The notes under the pieces were generated by a model, which worked only from the letters and a program-made list of their open reading frames with translations, made no database searches and was not told the DNA's origin. From the UHGV virus genome UHGV-0123627: a stretch of 38,813 nt of DNA; one strand, written 5' to 3'. Source of the stretch: a virus. The first letter of the stretch is position 1; each line of letters begins with the position of its first letter. Below are positions 1-9,692 of this stretch, piece after piece. A program made the position numbers and the translations under genes.

Positions 1-49
1 TTATCAATTTGTTGCAACGAACAGGTCACTATCAGTCAAAATAAAATCA
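1..49. other. P' arm of lambda-type attachment site (prophage attL side) with Int arm-type sites
   Basis: Sequence directly downstream of the int stop contains CAGGTCACTAT, AGTCAAAAT and AATCATTAT-type motifs, matching the lambda attP P' arm as remembered. The core itself would lie just upstream of position 1. Confidence 0.6.
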
Positions 50-1120
50 TTATTTGATTTCAATTTTGTCCCACTCCCTGCCTCTGTCATCACGATACTG
101 TGATGCCATGGTGTCCGACTTATGCCCGAGAAGATGTTGAGCAAACTTATCGCTTATCTGCTTCTCATAGAGTCTTGCAGACAAACTGCGCAACTCGTGA
201 AAGGTAGGCGGATCCCCTTCGAAGGAAAGACCTGATGCTTTTCGTGCGCGCATAAAATACCTTGATACTGTGCCGGATGAAAGCGGTTCGCGACGAGTAG
301 ATGCAATTATGGTTTCTCCGCCAAGAATCTCTTTGCATTTATCAAGTGTTTCCTTCATTGATATTCCGAGAGCATCAACATGCAATGCTGTTGGGATGGC
401 AATTTTTACGCCTGTTTTGCTTTGCTCGACATAAAGATATCCATCTACGATATCAGACCACTTCATTTCGCATAAATCACCAACTCTCTGCCCGGTAACA
501 ACAGCCAGTTCCATTGCAAGTCTTAGCCAACATGGTGATGATTCTGCTGCTTGATAAATTTTCAGGTATTCGTCAGCCGTAAGCCTTGATCTCCTTACCT
601 CTGATTTTGCTGCGCGAGTGGCAGCGACCGGGTTTGTTGTTATATGGCCTTCAGCTATTGCCTCTCGGAATGCATCGCTCAGTGTTGATCTGATTAACTT
701 GGCTGATGCCGCCTTGCCCTCGTCTATGTATCCATTAAGCATTGCCGCAATTTCTTTTGTGGTGATGTCTTCAAGTGGAGCATCAGGCAGACCCCTCCTT
801 ATTGCTTTAATTTTGCTCATGTAATTTATGAGTGTCTTCTGCTTGATTCCTCTGCTGGCGAGTATTTTTTCGTAGCGATCAAGCCATGAATGTAGCGTAA
901 CAGAATTATCACTGTTGATTCTTGCTGTCAGAGGCTTGTGTTTGTGTCCTGAAAATAACTCAATGTTTGCCTGTATTGCTTCAGTAATTGCTATCCTCCT
1001 GTCTCTGCCTAATCCGAACTCTTTACCCGTCCTTGGGTCCCTGTAGCAGTAATATCCATTGTTTCTTATATAAAGGTTAGGGGGTAAATCCCGGCGCTCA
1101 TGACTTCGCCTTCTTCCCAT
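50..1120 (-). CDS. int: Tyrosine integrase, lambda Int
   Basis: 356-aa ORF; translation MGRRRSHERRDLPPNLYIRNNGYYCYRDPRTGKEF... matches lambda Int essentially end to end from memory. Confidence 0.97.
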   Translation of the reverse strand: MGRRRSHERRDLPPNLYIRNNGYYCYRDPRTGKEFGLGRDRRIAITEAIQANIELFSGHKHKPLTARINSDNSVTLHSWLDRYEKILASRGIKQKTLINYMSKIKAIRRGLPDAPLEDITTKEIAAMLNGYIDEGKAASAKLIRSTLSDAFREAIAEGHITTNPVAATRAAKSEVRRSRLTADEYLKIYQAAESSPCWLRLAMELAVVTGQRVGDLCEMKWSDIVDGYLYVEQSKTGVKIAIPTALHVDALGISMKETLDKCKEILGGETIIASTRREPLSSGTVSRYFMRARKASGLSFEGDPPTFHELRSLSARLYEKQISDKFAQHLLGHKSDTMASQYRDDRGREWDKIEIK

Positions 1121-1316
1121 TTCTGATCCTCTTCAAAAGGCTACCTGTTACTGGTCGATTTAAGTCAACCTTTACCGCTGATTCGTGGAACAGATACTCT
1201 CTTCCATCCTTAACCGGAGGAGGGAATATCTTGCACTCGCGTACCCATCGACGAACTGTTTCAAGGCTTCTTGGACGTCGCTGGCGTGCGTTCCACTCCT
1301 GAAGTGTCAAGTACAT
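1098..1316 (-). CDS. xis: Excisionase, lambda Xis
   Basis: 72-aa ORF MYLTLQEWNARQRRPRSLETVRRWVRECKIFPPPVKDGREYLFHESAVKVDLNRP...; overlaps the int start as in lambda. Confidence 0.95.
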   Translation of the reverse strand: MYLTLQEWNARQRRPRSLETVRRWVRECKIFPPPVKDGREYLFHESAVKVDLNRPVTGSLLKRIRNGKKAKS

Positions 1317-1340
1317 CGCAAAGTCTCCGCAATTACACGC

Positions 1341-1364
1341 AAGAAAAAACCGCCATCAGGCGGC
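1341..1364 (-). terminator. Candidate intrinsic terminator upstream of xis (tL3-like position)
   Basis: On the minus strand a GC hairpin GCCGCC-TGAT-GGCGG is followed by TTTTTTCTT. Confidence 0.45.
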
Positions 1365-1523
1365 TTGGTGTTCTTTCAGTTCTTCAATTCGAATATTGGT
1401 TACGTCTGCATGTGCTATCTGCGCCCATATCATCCAGTGGTCATAGCAGTCATTGATGTTCTCTGCTTCGATAACTCTGTTGAATGGTTCTCCATTCCAT
1501 TCACCTGTAACTCGGAAGTGCAT
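1356..1523 (-). CDS. Small hypothetical protein (55 aa)
   Basis: ATG preceded by GGAG at 7 nt; translation MHFRVTGEWNGEPFNRVIEAENINDCYDHWMIWAQIAHADVTNIRIEELKEHQAA; the stop lies in the loop of the terminator hairpin. Below the 60-aa cutoff of the ORF track. Confidence 0.35.
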   Translation of the reverse strand: MHFRVTGEWNGEPFNRVIEAENINDCYDHWMIWAQIAHADVTNIRIEELKEHQAA

Positions 1524-1595
1524 TTATCATCTCCATAAAACAAAACCCGCCGTAGCGAGTTCAGATAAAAGAAATCCCCGCGAATGCGAGGATTG

Positions 1596-1880
1596 TTATT
1601 CATTGCTGATATTCACCTTTATCGCGTATACCTTTACCGGTTTATCGCCGAAGTGGGGATGTGTGATTGTCTTGATTTCATATCCGTCATACGGGACATC
1701 AATTCTGCGACTGAAGTCGTCGCGCTTCGGATATCCCTTTGTGATAATCAGGCGGTCATACTCCCGGAACATAATTCGCTTATTCCAGTAGTCATTACAC
1801 AAGCGATACTCTTCCGTTTTCTCCCCGCGAATCATGGCGTCGAAGTATTCACCTTTAACGGCAAGTTGCAGGTTAGCCAC
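1596..1880 (-). CDS. Hypothetical protein, ASCH/DUF3850-like
   Basis: 94-aa ORF with GTG start and AGGAGG 6 nt upstream; motif pattern resembles small ASCH (PUA-like) phage proteins. Family assignment from memory only. Confidence 0.55.
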   Translation of the reverse strand: MANLQLAVKGEYFDAMIRGEKTEEYRLCNDYWNKRIMFREYDRLIITKGYPKRDDFSRRIDVPYDGYEIKTITHPHFGDKPVKVYAIKVNISNE

Positions 1881-2379
1881 GGTTTACCTCCTGCGGCGGT
1901 TCCGGTAGCGGTATCCAGTGGGTTACATTGCGGCTCTGCGTTTCGAAGAACTCCTCACCATTGCGGACAACATCAAAAAACTCACCGTCTCGATATTGCG
2001 CATAAAGAACGAATGCGCCATCACATAAAATAATTACGTGCTGACCGTCCTCTGGCATTCGCTCACTACAGCTTATCCAACCATCCGGAATTACCGGCGC
2101 TGACGGCGCTGCGTAAAGCGGTGTTATTTCTGCCCGAAAGTCACCTATTTCATGCAGTCGCACCCAGCGTTCGACTTCTGCTTTGTCAGAATACATAGTG
2201 GTGAACGTATTATATTCATTGTCAATTTGCGTGAAGGTTGCCGTCCACGCCACTGGCTCTGCTTCCAGTGATGCCAGTGCGATCTCATAAGCACGGCGTT
2301 CAATATTGTCTCGAACGTACAGGCTGCCGATGCGCTCTTTGATTTCTTTAATCAGTTCTTTGTCGGTGAACGTTGTCAT
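1873..2379 (-). CDS. DUF551-family phage protein
   Basis: 168-aa ORF; C-terminal region (...VTHWIPLPEPPQ) is typical of DUF551 prophage proteins; AAGGA before the ATG. Confidence 0.65.
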   Translation of the reverse strand: MTTFTDKELIKEIKERIGSLYVRDNIERRAYEIALASLEAEPVAWTATFTQIDNEYNTFTTMYSDKAEVERWVRLHEIGDFRAEITPLYAAPSAPVIPDGWISCSERMPEDGQHVIILCDGAFVLYAQYRDGEFFDVVRNGEEFFETQSRNVTHWIPLPEPPQEVNRG

Positions 2380-2389
2380 GTGTTAGTCC

Positions 2390-2653
2390 TTATCCTGCTG
2401 TGCTTTCAACTGATGAGGGGAACAAAATCTTTTCATCAAATCCGGCATTCATATCATGGACAGCAACACACCAATCCATCGACGAACGATTATCAAGAGC
2501 CTCCATGATTTCATCCATGCGGCGTAGGTCATACAGGTAAATGTTTTTATCACCAATGGTGTAAAAACCAATTTTTTTCGGTGATGGACAGCGATCAAGA
2601 ACGTCCTGTAATTCGTTCAACCATGCCTGTTCTTTTTTTGTCAACGTTGCCAT
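2390..2653 (-). CDS. Hypothetical protein (87 aa)
   Basis: Internal ATG of the 117-aa track ORF preceded by AAGGAAA; begins MATLTKKEQAWLNELQDVLDRC... Confidence 0.5.
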   Translation of the reverse strand: MATLTKKEQAWLNELQDVLDRCPSPKKIGFYTIGDKNIYLYDLRRMDEIMEALDNRSSMDWCVAVHDMNAGFDEKILFPSSVESTAG

Positions 2654-2654
2654 A

Positions 2655-2873
2655 TCAGTTTTCCTTATACGGATTAATTTTATTGTGCAGTGTGTTGAAC
2701 GACGCCCATACCACGTCGTTATACAATTCAATAACTGGCTCAATTATTTTCCCGATTGCCCAGACAAAAATTAGCGGGGATATCGGTATCATCAACACGA
2801 TAAACAGAATGAGAAACAGGAATTCTGTCGTTCTACTCTTTCGCGGATATTCTTTTCTGAATAATGTCGGCAC
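2655..2873 (-). CDS. Small predicted membrane protein (72 aa)
   Basis: GTG start with AGGAG 6-7 nt upstream, overlapping the ea22 stop; hydrophobic stretch FLFLILFIVLMIPISPLIFVWAIG. Confidence 0.45.
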   Translation of the reverse strand: MPTLFRKEYPRKSRTTEFLFLILFIVLMIPISPLIFVWAIGKIIEPVIELYNDVVWASFNTLHNKINPYKEN

Positions 2874-2874
2874 A

Positions 2875-3423
2875 TCACTCTCCTTTGATGCGAATGCCAG
2901 CGTCAGACATCATATGCAGATACTCACCTGCATCCTGAACCCATTGACCTCCAACCCCGTAATAGCGATGCGTAATGATGTCGATAGTTACTAACGGGTC
3001 TTGTTCGATTAACTGCCGCAGAAACTCTTCCTGGTCACCAGTGCAGTGCTTGATAACAGGAGTCTTCCCAGGATGGCGAACAACAAGAAACTGGTTTCCG
3101 TCTTCACGGACTTCGTTGCTTTCCAGTTTAGCAATACGCTTACTCCCATCCGAGATAACACCTTCGTAATACTCACGCTGCTCGTTGAGTTTTGATTTTG
3201 CTGTTTCAAGCTCAACACGCAGTTTCCCTACTGTTAGCGCAATATCCTCGTTCTCCTGGTCGCGGCGTTTGATGTATTGCTGGTTTCTTTCCCGTTCATC
3301 CAGCAGTTCCAGCACAATCGATGGTGTTACCAATTCATGGAAAAGGTCTGCGTCAAATCCCCAGTCGTCATGCATTGCCTGCTCTGCCGCTTCACGCAGT
3401 GCCTGAGAGTTAATTTCGCTCAC
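2875..3423 (-). CDS. ea22: Lambda Ea22-like protein
   Basis: 182-aa ORF, same length as lambda Ea22 and at the same position relative to exo. Confidence 0.8.
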   Translation of the reverse strand: MSEINSQALREAAEQAMHDDWGFDADLFHELVTPSIVLELLDERERNQQYIKRRDQENEDIALTVGKLRVELETAKSKLNEQREYYEGVISDGSKRIAKLESNEVREDGNQFLVVRHPGKTPVIKHCTGDQEEFLRQLIEQDPLVTIDIITHRYYGVGGQWVQDAGEYLHMMSDAGIRIKGE

Positions 3424-3641
3424 TTCGAACCTCTCTGTTTACTGATAAGTTCCAGATCCTCCTGGCAACTTGCACAAGTCCGACAACCCTGAACGGCCAA
3501 GCGTCTTCGTTCATCTATCGGATCGCCACACTCACAACAATGAGTGGCAGATATAGCCTGGTGGTTCAGGCGGCGCATTTTTATTGCTGTGTTGCGCTGT
3601 AATTCTTCAATTTCTGATGCTGAATCAATGATGTCTGCCAT
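3420..3641 (-). CDS. TraR/DksA-family C4 zinc-finger protein (lambda Orf73-like)
   Basis: 73-aa ORF with C-x2-C...C-x2-C (CCECGDPIDERRRLAVQGCRTCASC), typical of TraR-like phage proteins. Confidence 0.8.
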   Translation of the reverse strand: MADIIDSASEIEELQRNTAIKMRRLNHQAISATHCCECGDPIDERRRLAVQGCRTCASCQEDLELISKQRGSK

Positions 3642-3696
3642 CTTTCATTAATCCCTGAATTGTTGGTTAATACGCTTGAGGGTGAATGCGAATAAT

Positions 3697-3717
3697 AAAA
3701 AAGGAGCCTGTAGCTCC
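3697..3717 (-). terminator. Candidate intrinsic terminator (tL2-like position)
   Basis: Minus strand GGAGC-TACAG-GCTCC followed by TTTTTT. Confidence 0.4.
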
Positions 3718-3739
3718 CTGATGATTTTGCTTTTCATGT

Positions 3740-3955
3740 TTACCGTTCCTTAAAGACGCCGTTCAACATGCCGATCGCCAGGCTTAAATGAGTCGGTGTG
3801 AATCCCATCAGCGTTACCGTTTCGCGGTGCTTCTTCAGTACGCTACGGCAAGTGTCATCGACGTTTTTATCCGGAAACTGCTGTCTGGCTTTTTTGATTT
3901 CAGAATTAGCCTGACGGGCAATGCTGCGAAGGGCGTTTTCCTGCTGAGGTGTCAT
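3740..3955 (-). CDS. Hypothetical early-left operon protein (lambda orf63-like position)
   Basis: Track ORF 3740..4021; the internal ATG at 3955 gives the 71-aa MTPQQENALRSIARQANSEIKK... product. The start is uncertain; the 4021 alternative is not excluded. Confidence 0.5.
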   Translation of the reverse strand: MTPQQENALRSIARQANSEIKKARQQFPDKNVDDTCRSVLKKHRETVTLMGFTPTHLSLAIGMLNGVFKER

Positions 3956-4031
3956 TGAACAAGTCCCATGTCGGCAAGCATAAGCACACAGAATATGAAG
4001 CCCGCTGCCAGAAAAATGCATTCAGTGGTTG

Positions 4032-4223
4032 TCATACCTGGTCTCTCTCATCTGCTTCTGCTTTCGCCACCATCATTTCCAGCTTTTGTGAAAGGGATGT
4101 GGCTAACGTATGAAATTCTTCGTCTGTTTCTACTGGTATTGGCACAAACCTGACTCCAATTTGAGCAAGGCTATGTGCCATCTCAATACTCGTTCTTAAC
4201 TCAACAGGAGATGCTTTGTGCAT
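4032..4223 (-). CDS. Hypothetical early-left operon protein (lambda orf60a-like position)
   Basis: 63-aa ORF with GGGAGG 6 nt upstream of the ATG. Confidence 0.55.
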   Translation of the reverse strand: MHKASPVELRTSIEMAHSLAQIGVRFVPIPVETDEEFHTLATSLSQKLEMMVAKAEADERDQV

Positions 4224-4374
4224 ACCGCCTCCCGTTTATTATTTATCTTCTCAGCCAGCCGCTGTGCTTTCAGTGGATTTCTGATAACAGAAAGGCCGGG
4301 AAATACCCAGCCTCGCTTTGTAACGGAGTAGACGAAAGTGATCGCGCCTACCCGGATATTATCGTGAGGATGCG

Positions 4375-5055
4375 TCATCGCCATTGCTCCCCAAATACAA
4401 AACCAATTTCAGCCAGTGCCTCGTCCATTTTTTCGATGAACTCCGGCACCATCTCGTCAAAACTCGCCATGTACTTTTCATTCCGCTCAATCACGACATA
4501 ATGCAGGCCTTCACGCTTCATGCGCGGGTCATAGTTGGCAAAGTACCAGGCATCTTTTCGCGTCACCCACATGCTGTACTGCACCTGGGCCATGTAAGCC
4601 GACTTTATGGCCTCGAAACCACCGAGCCGGAATTTCATGAAATCCCGGGAGGTAAACGGGCATTTCAGCTCAAGGCCATTGCCGTCACTGCATAAACCAT
4701 CGGGAGAGCAGGCGGTGCGCATACTTTCGTCGCGATAGATGATCGGGGATTCAATAACATTTACGCCGGAAGTGAACTCAAACAGGGTTCTGGCGTCGTT
4801 CTCGTACTGTTTTCCCCAGGCCAGCGCTTTAGCGTTAACTTCCGGAGCCACACCGGTGCAAACCTCAGCTAGCAGGGTGTGGAAGTAGGACATTTTCATG
4901 TCAGGCCACTTCTTTCCTGATCGGGGCTTTGCTATCACGTTGTGAACTTCTGAAGCGGTGATGACGCCGAGCCGTAATTTGTGCCATGCATCATCCCCCT
5001 GTTCGACAGCTCTCACGTCGATCCCGGTACGCTGCAGGATAATGTCCGGTGTCAT
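4375..5055 (-). CDS. exo: Lambda exonuclease (Red-alpha)
   Basis: 226-aa [68 protein letters not shown]... matches lambda Exo. Confidence 0.97.
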   Translation of the reverse strand: MTPDIILQRTGIDVRAVEQGDDAWHKLRLGVITASEVHNVIAKPRSGKKWPDMKMSYFHTLLAEVCTGVAPEVNAKALAWGKQYENDARTLFEFTSGVNVIESPIIYRDESMRTACSPDGLCSDGNGLELKCPFTSRDFMKFRLGGFEAIKSAYMAQVQYSMWVTRKDAWYFANYDPRMKREGLHYVVIERNEKYMASFDEMVPEFIEKMDEALAEIGFVFGEQWR

Positions 5056-5837
5056 GCTGCCACCTTCTGCTCAGTGGCTTTCTGTTTCAGGAATCCAAGA
5101 GCTTTCACTGCTTCGGCCTGTGTCAGTTCTGACGATGCGCGAATGTCGCGGCGAAATATCTGGGAACAGAGCGGCAATAAGTCGTCATCCCATGTTTTAT
5201 CCAGGGCGATCAGCAGAGTGTTAATCTCCTGCATGGTTTCATCGTTAACCGGAGTGATATCGCGTTCCGGCTGACGTTCTGCAGTGTATGCAGTATTTTC
5301 GACAATGCGCTCGGCTTCATCCTTGTCATAGATACCAGCAAATCCGAAGGCCAGACGGGCACACTGAATCATGGCTTTATGCCGTAACATCCGTTTGGGA
5401 TGCGACTGCCACGGTCCGGTGATTTCTCTGCCTTCGCGGGTTTTGAATGGTTCGCGGCGGCATTCATCCATCCACTCGGTAACGCAGATCGGATGATTAC
5501 GGTCCTTGCGGTAAATCCGGCATGTGCAGGATTCATTGTCCTGCTCAAAGTCCATGCCATCAAACTGCTGGTTTTCATTGATGATGCGGGACCAGCCATC
5601 AACGCCCACCACCGGAACGATGCCGTTCTGCTTATCAGGGAAGGCGTAAATTTCTTTCGTCCACGGATTAAGGCCGTACTGGTTGGCGACGATCAACAAT
5701 GCGATGAACTGCGCATCGCTGGCATCACCTTTAAATGCCGTCTGGCGAAGAGTGGTGATCAGTTCCTGTGGGTCGACAGAATCCATGCCGACTCGTTCAG
5801 CCAGCTTCCCAGCCAGCGTTGCGAGTGCTGTACTCAT
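5052..5837 (-). CDS. bet: Lambda Bet single-strand annealing protein (Red-beta)
   Basis: 261-aa [69 protein letters not shown]... matches lambda Bet. Confidence 0.97.
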   Translation of the reverse strand: MSTALATLAGKLAERVGMDSVDPQELITTLRQTAFKGDASDAQFIALLIVANQYGLNPWTKEIYAFPDKQNGIVPVVGVDGWSRIINENQQFDGMDFEQDNESCTCRIYRKDRNHPICVTEWMDECRREPFKTREGREITGPWQSHPKRMLRHKAMIQCARLAFGFAGIYDKDEAERIVENTAYTAERQPERDITPVNDETMQEINTLLIALDKTWDDDLLPLCSQIFRRDIRASSELTQAEAVKALGFLKQKATEQKVAA

Positions 5838-5842
5838 CCGTT

Positions 5843-6259
5843 TTATACCTCTGAATCAATATCAACCTGGTGGTGAGCAATGGTTTCAACCATGTACTGG
5901 ATGTGTTCTGCCATGCGCTCCTGAAACTCAACATCGTCATCAAACGCACGGGTAATGGCTTTTTTGCTGGCCCCGTGGCGTTGCAAATGATCGATGCATA
6001 GCGATTCAAACAGGTGCTGGGGCAGGCCTTTTTCCATGTCGTCTGCCAGTTCTGCCTCTTTCTCTTCTCGGGCGATCTGCTGGTAGTGACGCGCCCAGCT
6101 CTGAGCCTCAAGACGATCCTGAATGTAATAAGCGTTCATGGCTGAACTCCTGAAATAGCTGTGAAAATATCGCCCGCGAAATGCCGGGCTGATTAGGAAA
6201 ACAGGAAAGGGGGTTAGTGAATGCTTTTGCTTGATCTCAGTTTCAGTATTAATATCCAT
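5843..6259 (-). CDS. gam: Lambda Gam (RecBCD inhibitor)
   Basis: 138-aa [64 protein letters not shown]... matches lambda Gam (long form). Confidence 0.95.
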   Translation of the reverse strand: MDINTETEIKQKHSLTPFPVFLISPAFRGRYFHSYFRSSAMNAYYIQDRLEAQSWARHYQQIAREEKEAELADDMEKGLPQHLFESLCIDHLQRHGASKKAITRAFDDDVEFQERMAEHIQYMVETIAHHQVDIDSEV

Positions 6260-6357
6260 TTTTTATAAGCGTCGACGGCCTCACGAAACATCTTTTCATC
6301 GCCAATAAAAGTGGCGATAGTGAATTTAGTCTGGATAGCCATAAGTGTTTGATCCAT
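6214..6357 (-). CDS. kil: Kil (host killing / FtsZ inhibitor)
   Basis: Internal ATG of the 89-aa track ORF gives the 47-aa [47 protein letters not shown], matching lambda Kil; overlaps gam and cIII as in lambda. Confidence 0.8.
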   Translation of the reverse strand: MDQTLMAIQTKFTIATFIGDEKMFREAVDAYKKWILILKLRSSKSIH

Positions 6358-6490
6358 TTTTTGGGACTCCTGGCTGATTAAGTATGTCGATAAGGCGTTT
6401 CCATCCGTCACGTAATTTACGGGTGATTCGTTCAAGTAAAGATTCGGAAGGGCAGCCAGCAACAGGCCACCCTGCAATGGCATATTGCAT
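6326..6490 (-). CDS. cIII: cIII (FtsH inhibitor, stabilises CII)
   Basis: Manual translation gives the 54-aa [54 protein letters not shown], matching lambda CIII. Below the ORF-track size cutoff. Confidence 0.85.
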   Translation of the reverse strand: MQYAIAGWPVAGCPSESLLERITRKLRDGWKRLIDILNQPGVPKNGSNTYGYPD

Positions 6491-6562
6491 GGTGTGCTCC
6501 TTATTTATACATAACGAAAAACGCCTCGAGTGAAGCGTTATTGGTATGCGGTAACGCCGCGC

Positions 6563-6931
6563 TCAGGCGGCTTTGATAGTCATATCATCTGAATCAAATA
6601 TTCCTGATGTATCGATATCGGTAATTCTTATTCCTTCGCTACCATCCATTGGAGGCCATCCTTCCTGACCATTTCCATCATTCCAGTCGAACTCACACAC
6701 AACACCATATGCATTTAAGTCGCTTGAAATTGCTATAAGCAGAGCATGTTGCGCCAGCATGATTAATACAGCATTTAATACAGAGCCGTGTTTATTGAGT
6801 CGGTATTCAGAGTCTGACCAGAAATTATTAATCTGGTGAAGTTTTTCCTCTGTCATTACGTCATGGTCGATTTCAATTTCTATTGATGCTTTCCAGTCGT
6901 AATCAATGATGTATTTTTTGATGTTTGACAT
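6563..6931 (-). CDS. ea10: Lambda Ea10-like protein
   Basis: 122-aa ORF MSNIKKYIIDYDWKASIEIEIDHDVMTEEKLHQINNFW... at the lambda ea10 position and length. Confidence 0.85.
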   Translation of the reverse strand: MSNIKKYIIDYDWKASIEIEIDHDVMTEEKLHQINNFWSDSEYRLNKHGSVLNAVLIMLAQHALLIAISSDLNAYGVVCEFDWNDGNGQEGWPPMDGSEGIRITDIDTSGIFDSDDMTIKAA

Positions 6932-7134
6932 CTGTTCATATCCTCACAGATAAAAAATCGCCCTCACACTGGAGGGCAAAGAAGATTTCCAATAATCAGA
7001 ACAAGTCGACTCCTGTTTAGTTACGAGCGACATTGCTCCGTGTATTCACTCGTTGGAATGAATACACAGTGCAGTGTTTATTCTGTTATTTATGCCAAAA
7101 ATAAAGGCCACTATCAGGCAGCTTTGTTGTTCTG

Positions 7135-7314
7135 TTAACCAAGTTCTCTGGCAATCATTGCCGTCGTTCGTATTGCCCATTTATCGACATATTTCCCATC
7201 TTCCATTACAGGAAACATTTCTTCAGGCTTAACCATGCATTCCGATTGCAGCTTGCATCCATTGCATCGCTTGAATTGTCCACACCATTGATTTTTATCA
7301 ATAGTCGTAGTCAT
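7135..7314 (-). CDS. ral: Ral (restriction alleviation), C-terminally truncated by an ochre codon at position 60
   Basis: Translation MTTTIDKNQWCGQFKRCNGCKLQSECMVKPEEMFPVMEDGKYVDKWAIRTTAMIARELG then TAA. The in-frame continuation CAG AAC AAC AAA GCT GCC TGA encodes QNNKAA, the C-terminus of 66-aa lambda Ral as remembered. No ORF of 60 aa or more appears in the track here, consistent with truncation. Confidence 0.7.
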   Translation of the reverse strand: MTTTIDKNQWCGQFKRCNGCKLQSECMVKPEEMFPVMEDGKYVDKWAIRTTAMIARELG

Positions 7315-7384
7315 ACGGATAGTCCTGGTATTGTTCCATCACATCCTGAGGATGCTCTTCGAACTCTTCAAATTCTTCTTCCAT
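7298..7384 (-). CDS. Small ORF (28 aa), lambda orf28-like
   Basis: ATG with GAGGTGA upstream; acidic peptide MEEEFEEFEEHPQDVMEQYQDYPYDYDY; overlaps the ral start. Confidence 0.4.
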   Translation of the reverse strand: MEEEFEEFEEHPQDVMEQYQDYPYDYDY

Positions 7385-7438
7385 ATATCACCTCAAATAA
7401 GTTGTTTGCTGCGAAAGTAAATACGCTTAAGTTACCTG

Positions 7439-7576
7439 TTATTTATCCCACCAAGTTCCGTATCTATCTATCCAGTTACACCAATCATCGACACTCCATT
7501 TTGTTGTGTCGCATTTTGGCAACTGGCATGAATATCTACCTTCTTTGTAAAGTCGGCGTTTGACTTTCTTGAGCAT
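7439..7576 (-). CDS. Small Cys-containing ORF (45 aa), hypothetical
   Basis: ATG 8 nt after the N stop with GAGGTG upstream; MLKKVKRRLYKEGRYSCQLPKCDTTKWSVDDWCNWIDRYGTWWDK. Sits where lambda carries sieB. Confidence 0.3.
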   Translation of the reverse strand: MLKKVKRRLYKEGRYSCQLPKCDTTKWSVDDWCNWIDRYGTWWDK

Positions 7577-7584
7577 GGCTCACC

Positions 7585-7917
7585 TCAATCGTAATAAGCT
7601 GGAATTGATTTTCCGCGTTGCTTCTGGCGGCCTGAGCAAGTCACACCCATTTCACAGCGTGGCTTGCTGTACCATGTGCGCTGATTCTTGCGCTCAATAC
7701 GTTGCAGGTTGCTTTCAATCTGTTCGTGGTATTCAGCCAGCACCGTAAGGTCTATCGGATTCAGTGCGCTTTCTACTCGTGATTTCGGTTTGCGATTCAG
7801 CGAGAGAATAGGGCGGTTAACTGGTTTTGCGCTTACCCCAACCAACAGGGGATTTGCTGCTTTCCATTGAGCCTGTTTCTCTGCGCGACGTTCGCGGCGG
7901 CGTGCTTGTGCATCCAT
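7585..7917 (-). CDS. N: Antiterminator N (lambda-like variant)
   Basis: Internal ATG of the track ORF gives MDAQARRRERRAEKQAQWKAANPLLVGVSAKPVNRPILSLNRKPKSRVESALNPIDLTVLAEYH..., with the arginine-rich motif; C-terminus differs from lambda N. Confidence 0.9.
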   Translation of the reverse strand: MDAQARRRERRAEKQAQWKAANPLLVGVSAKPVNRPILSLNRKPKSRVESALNPIDLTVLAEYHEQIESNLQRIERKNQRTWYSKPRCEMGVTCSGRQKQRGKSIPAYYD

Positions 7918-8027
7918 CTGGATTCTCCTGTCAGTTAGCTTTGAGTAACGCGCCGTGATGCTTATCTCCACGGTTGCTGTCTTGCAGCTGCATTTCGCGC
8001 TACTCAAAGCCTTCTGCTTTGAATGCT

Positions 8028-8058
8028 GCCCTTCTTCAGGGCTAAATTTTTAAGAGCG
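8028..8058 (-). promoter_or_regulatory. nutL (boxA CGCTCTTA + boxB GCCCTGAAGAAGGGC)
   Basis: Minus-strand reading gives CGCTCTTAAAAATTTAGCCCTGAAGAAGGGC, the lambda nutL boxA and boxB hairpin. Confidence 0.8.
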
Positions 8059-8090
8059 TCACCTTCATGGTGGTCAGTGCGTCCTGCTGA

Positions 8091-8170
8091 TGGCTTAAAA
8101 TTACAAGAAAGATTGTATGTTGTAAACAAGAAATATTGTAAAAATGGGCGTGAAAAACAAACTCCATTGT
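8091..8170 (-). promoter_or_regulatory. pL promoter region with three 434-type OL operators
   Basis: Three 14-bp ACAA-N6-TTGT sites (about 8103-8116, 8126-8139, 8157-8170); the minus-strand leader ATCAGCAGGACGCACTGACCACCATGAAGGTGACGCTCTTA matches the lambda pL transcript start. Confidence 0.75.
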
Positions 8171-8220
8171 TTTTAAACGTAAAATAGTTTGTTTTTTGGT
8201 TGTCGAAATCGAGGTGAGGA

Positions 8221-9573
<1,353 letters not shown>

Positions 9574-9581
9574 GACATTCC

Positions 9582-9613
9582 CGCTCTTACACATCCCAGC
9601 CCTGAAAAAGGGC
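9582..9613 (+). promoter_or_regulatory. nutR (boxA CGCTCTTA + boxB GCCCTGAAAAAGGGC), followed by the lambda-like tR1 region
   Basis: Direct read of the boxA/boxB motifs; downstream ACCACACCTATGGTGTATGCATTTATTTGCATACATTCAATCAATTG matches the lambda tR1 region. Confidence 0.8.
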
Positions 9614-9692
9614 ATCAAATTAAACCACACCTATGGTGTATGCATTTATTTGCATACATTCAATCAATTGTTATCTAAGGAAATACTTACAT

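Noticed and set aside
1185-2033. Plus-strand ORFs in the track (1185..1538, 1271..1456, 1453..1791, 1584..2033) overlapping xis and the accessory block
   Set aside because: They lie antisense to well-supported minus-strand genes with strong SD sequences, lack start contexts, and give low-complexity translations; treated as shadow ORFs.
3648-3737. 29-codon minus-strand ORF (MKSKIIRELQAPFLLFAFTL...) with an AAGGA SD
   Set aside because: Its coding sequence is largely the GGAGC-TACAG-GCTCC-TTTTTT terminator hairpin; more likely the terminator than a gene.
4196-4384. 62-aa minus-strand ORF spanning the exo stop and the 4032..4223 gene start
   Set aside because: Overlaps two better-supported genes in another frame and has no SD; likely spurious.
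5369-6111. Track ORFs on either strand inside bet and gam (5369..5602, 5400..5876, 5683..5955, 5797..6111)
   Set aside because: Internal or antisense frames within lambda bet and gam, which are matched confidently; no independent support.
8060-8220. Looked for rexA/rexB and lambda-type 17-bp operators
   Set aside because: Operators are the 14-bp ACAA-N6-TTGT 434 type and there is no room for rexAB; the single gene present is unrelated in size and sequence.
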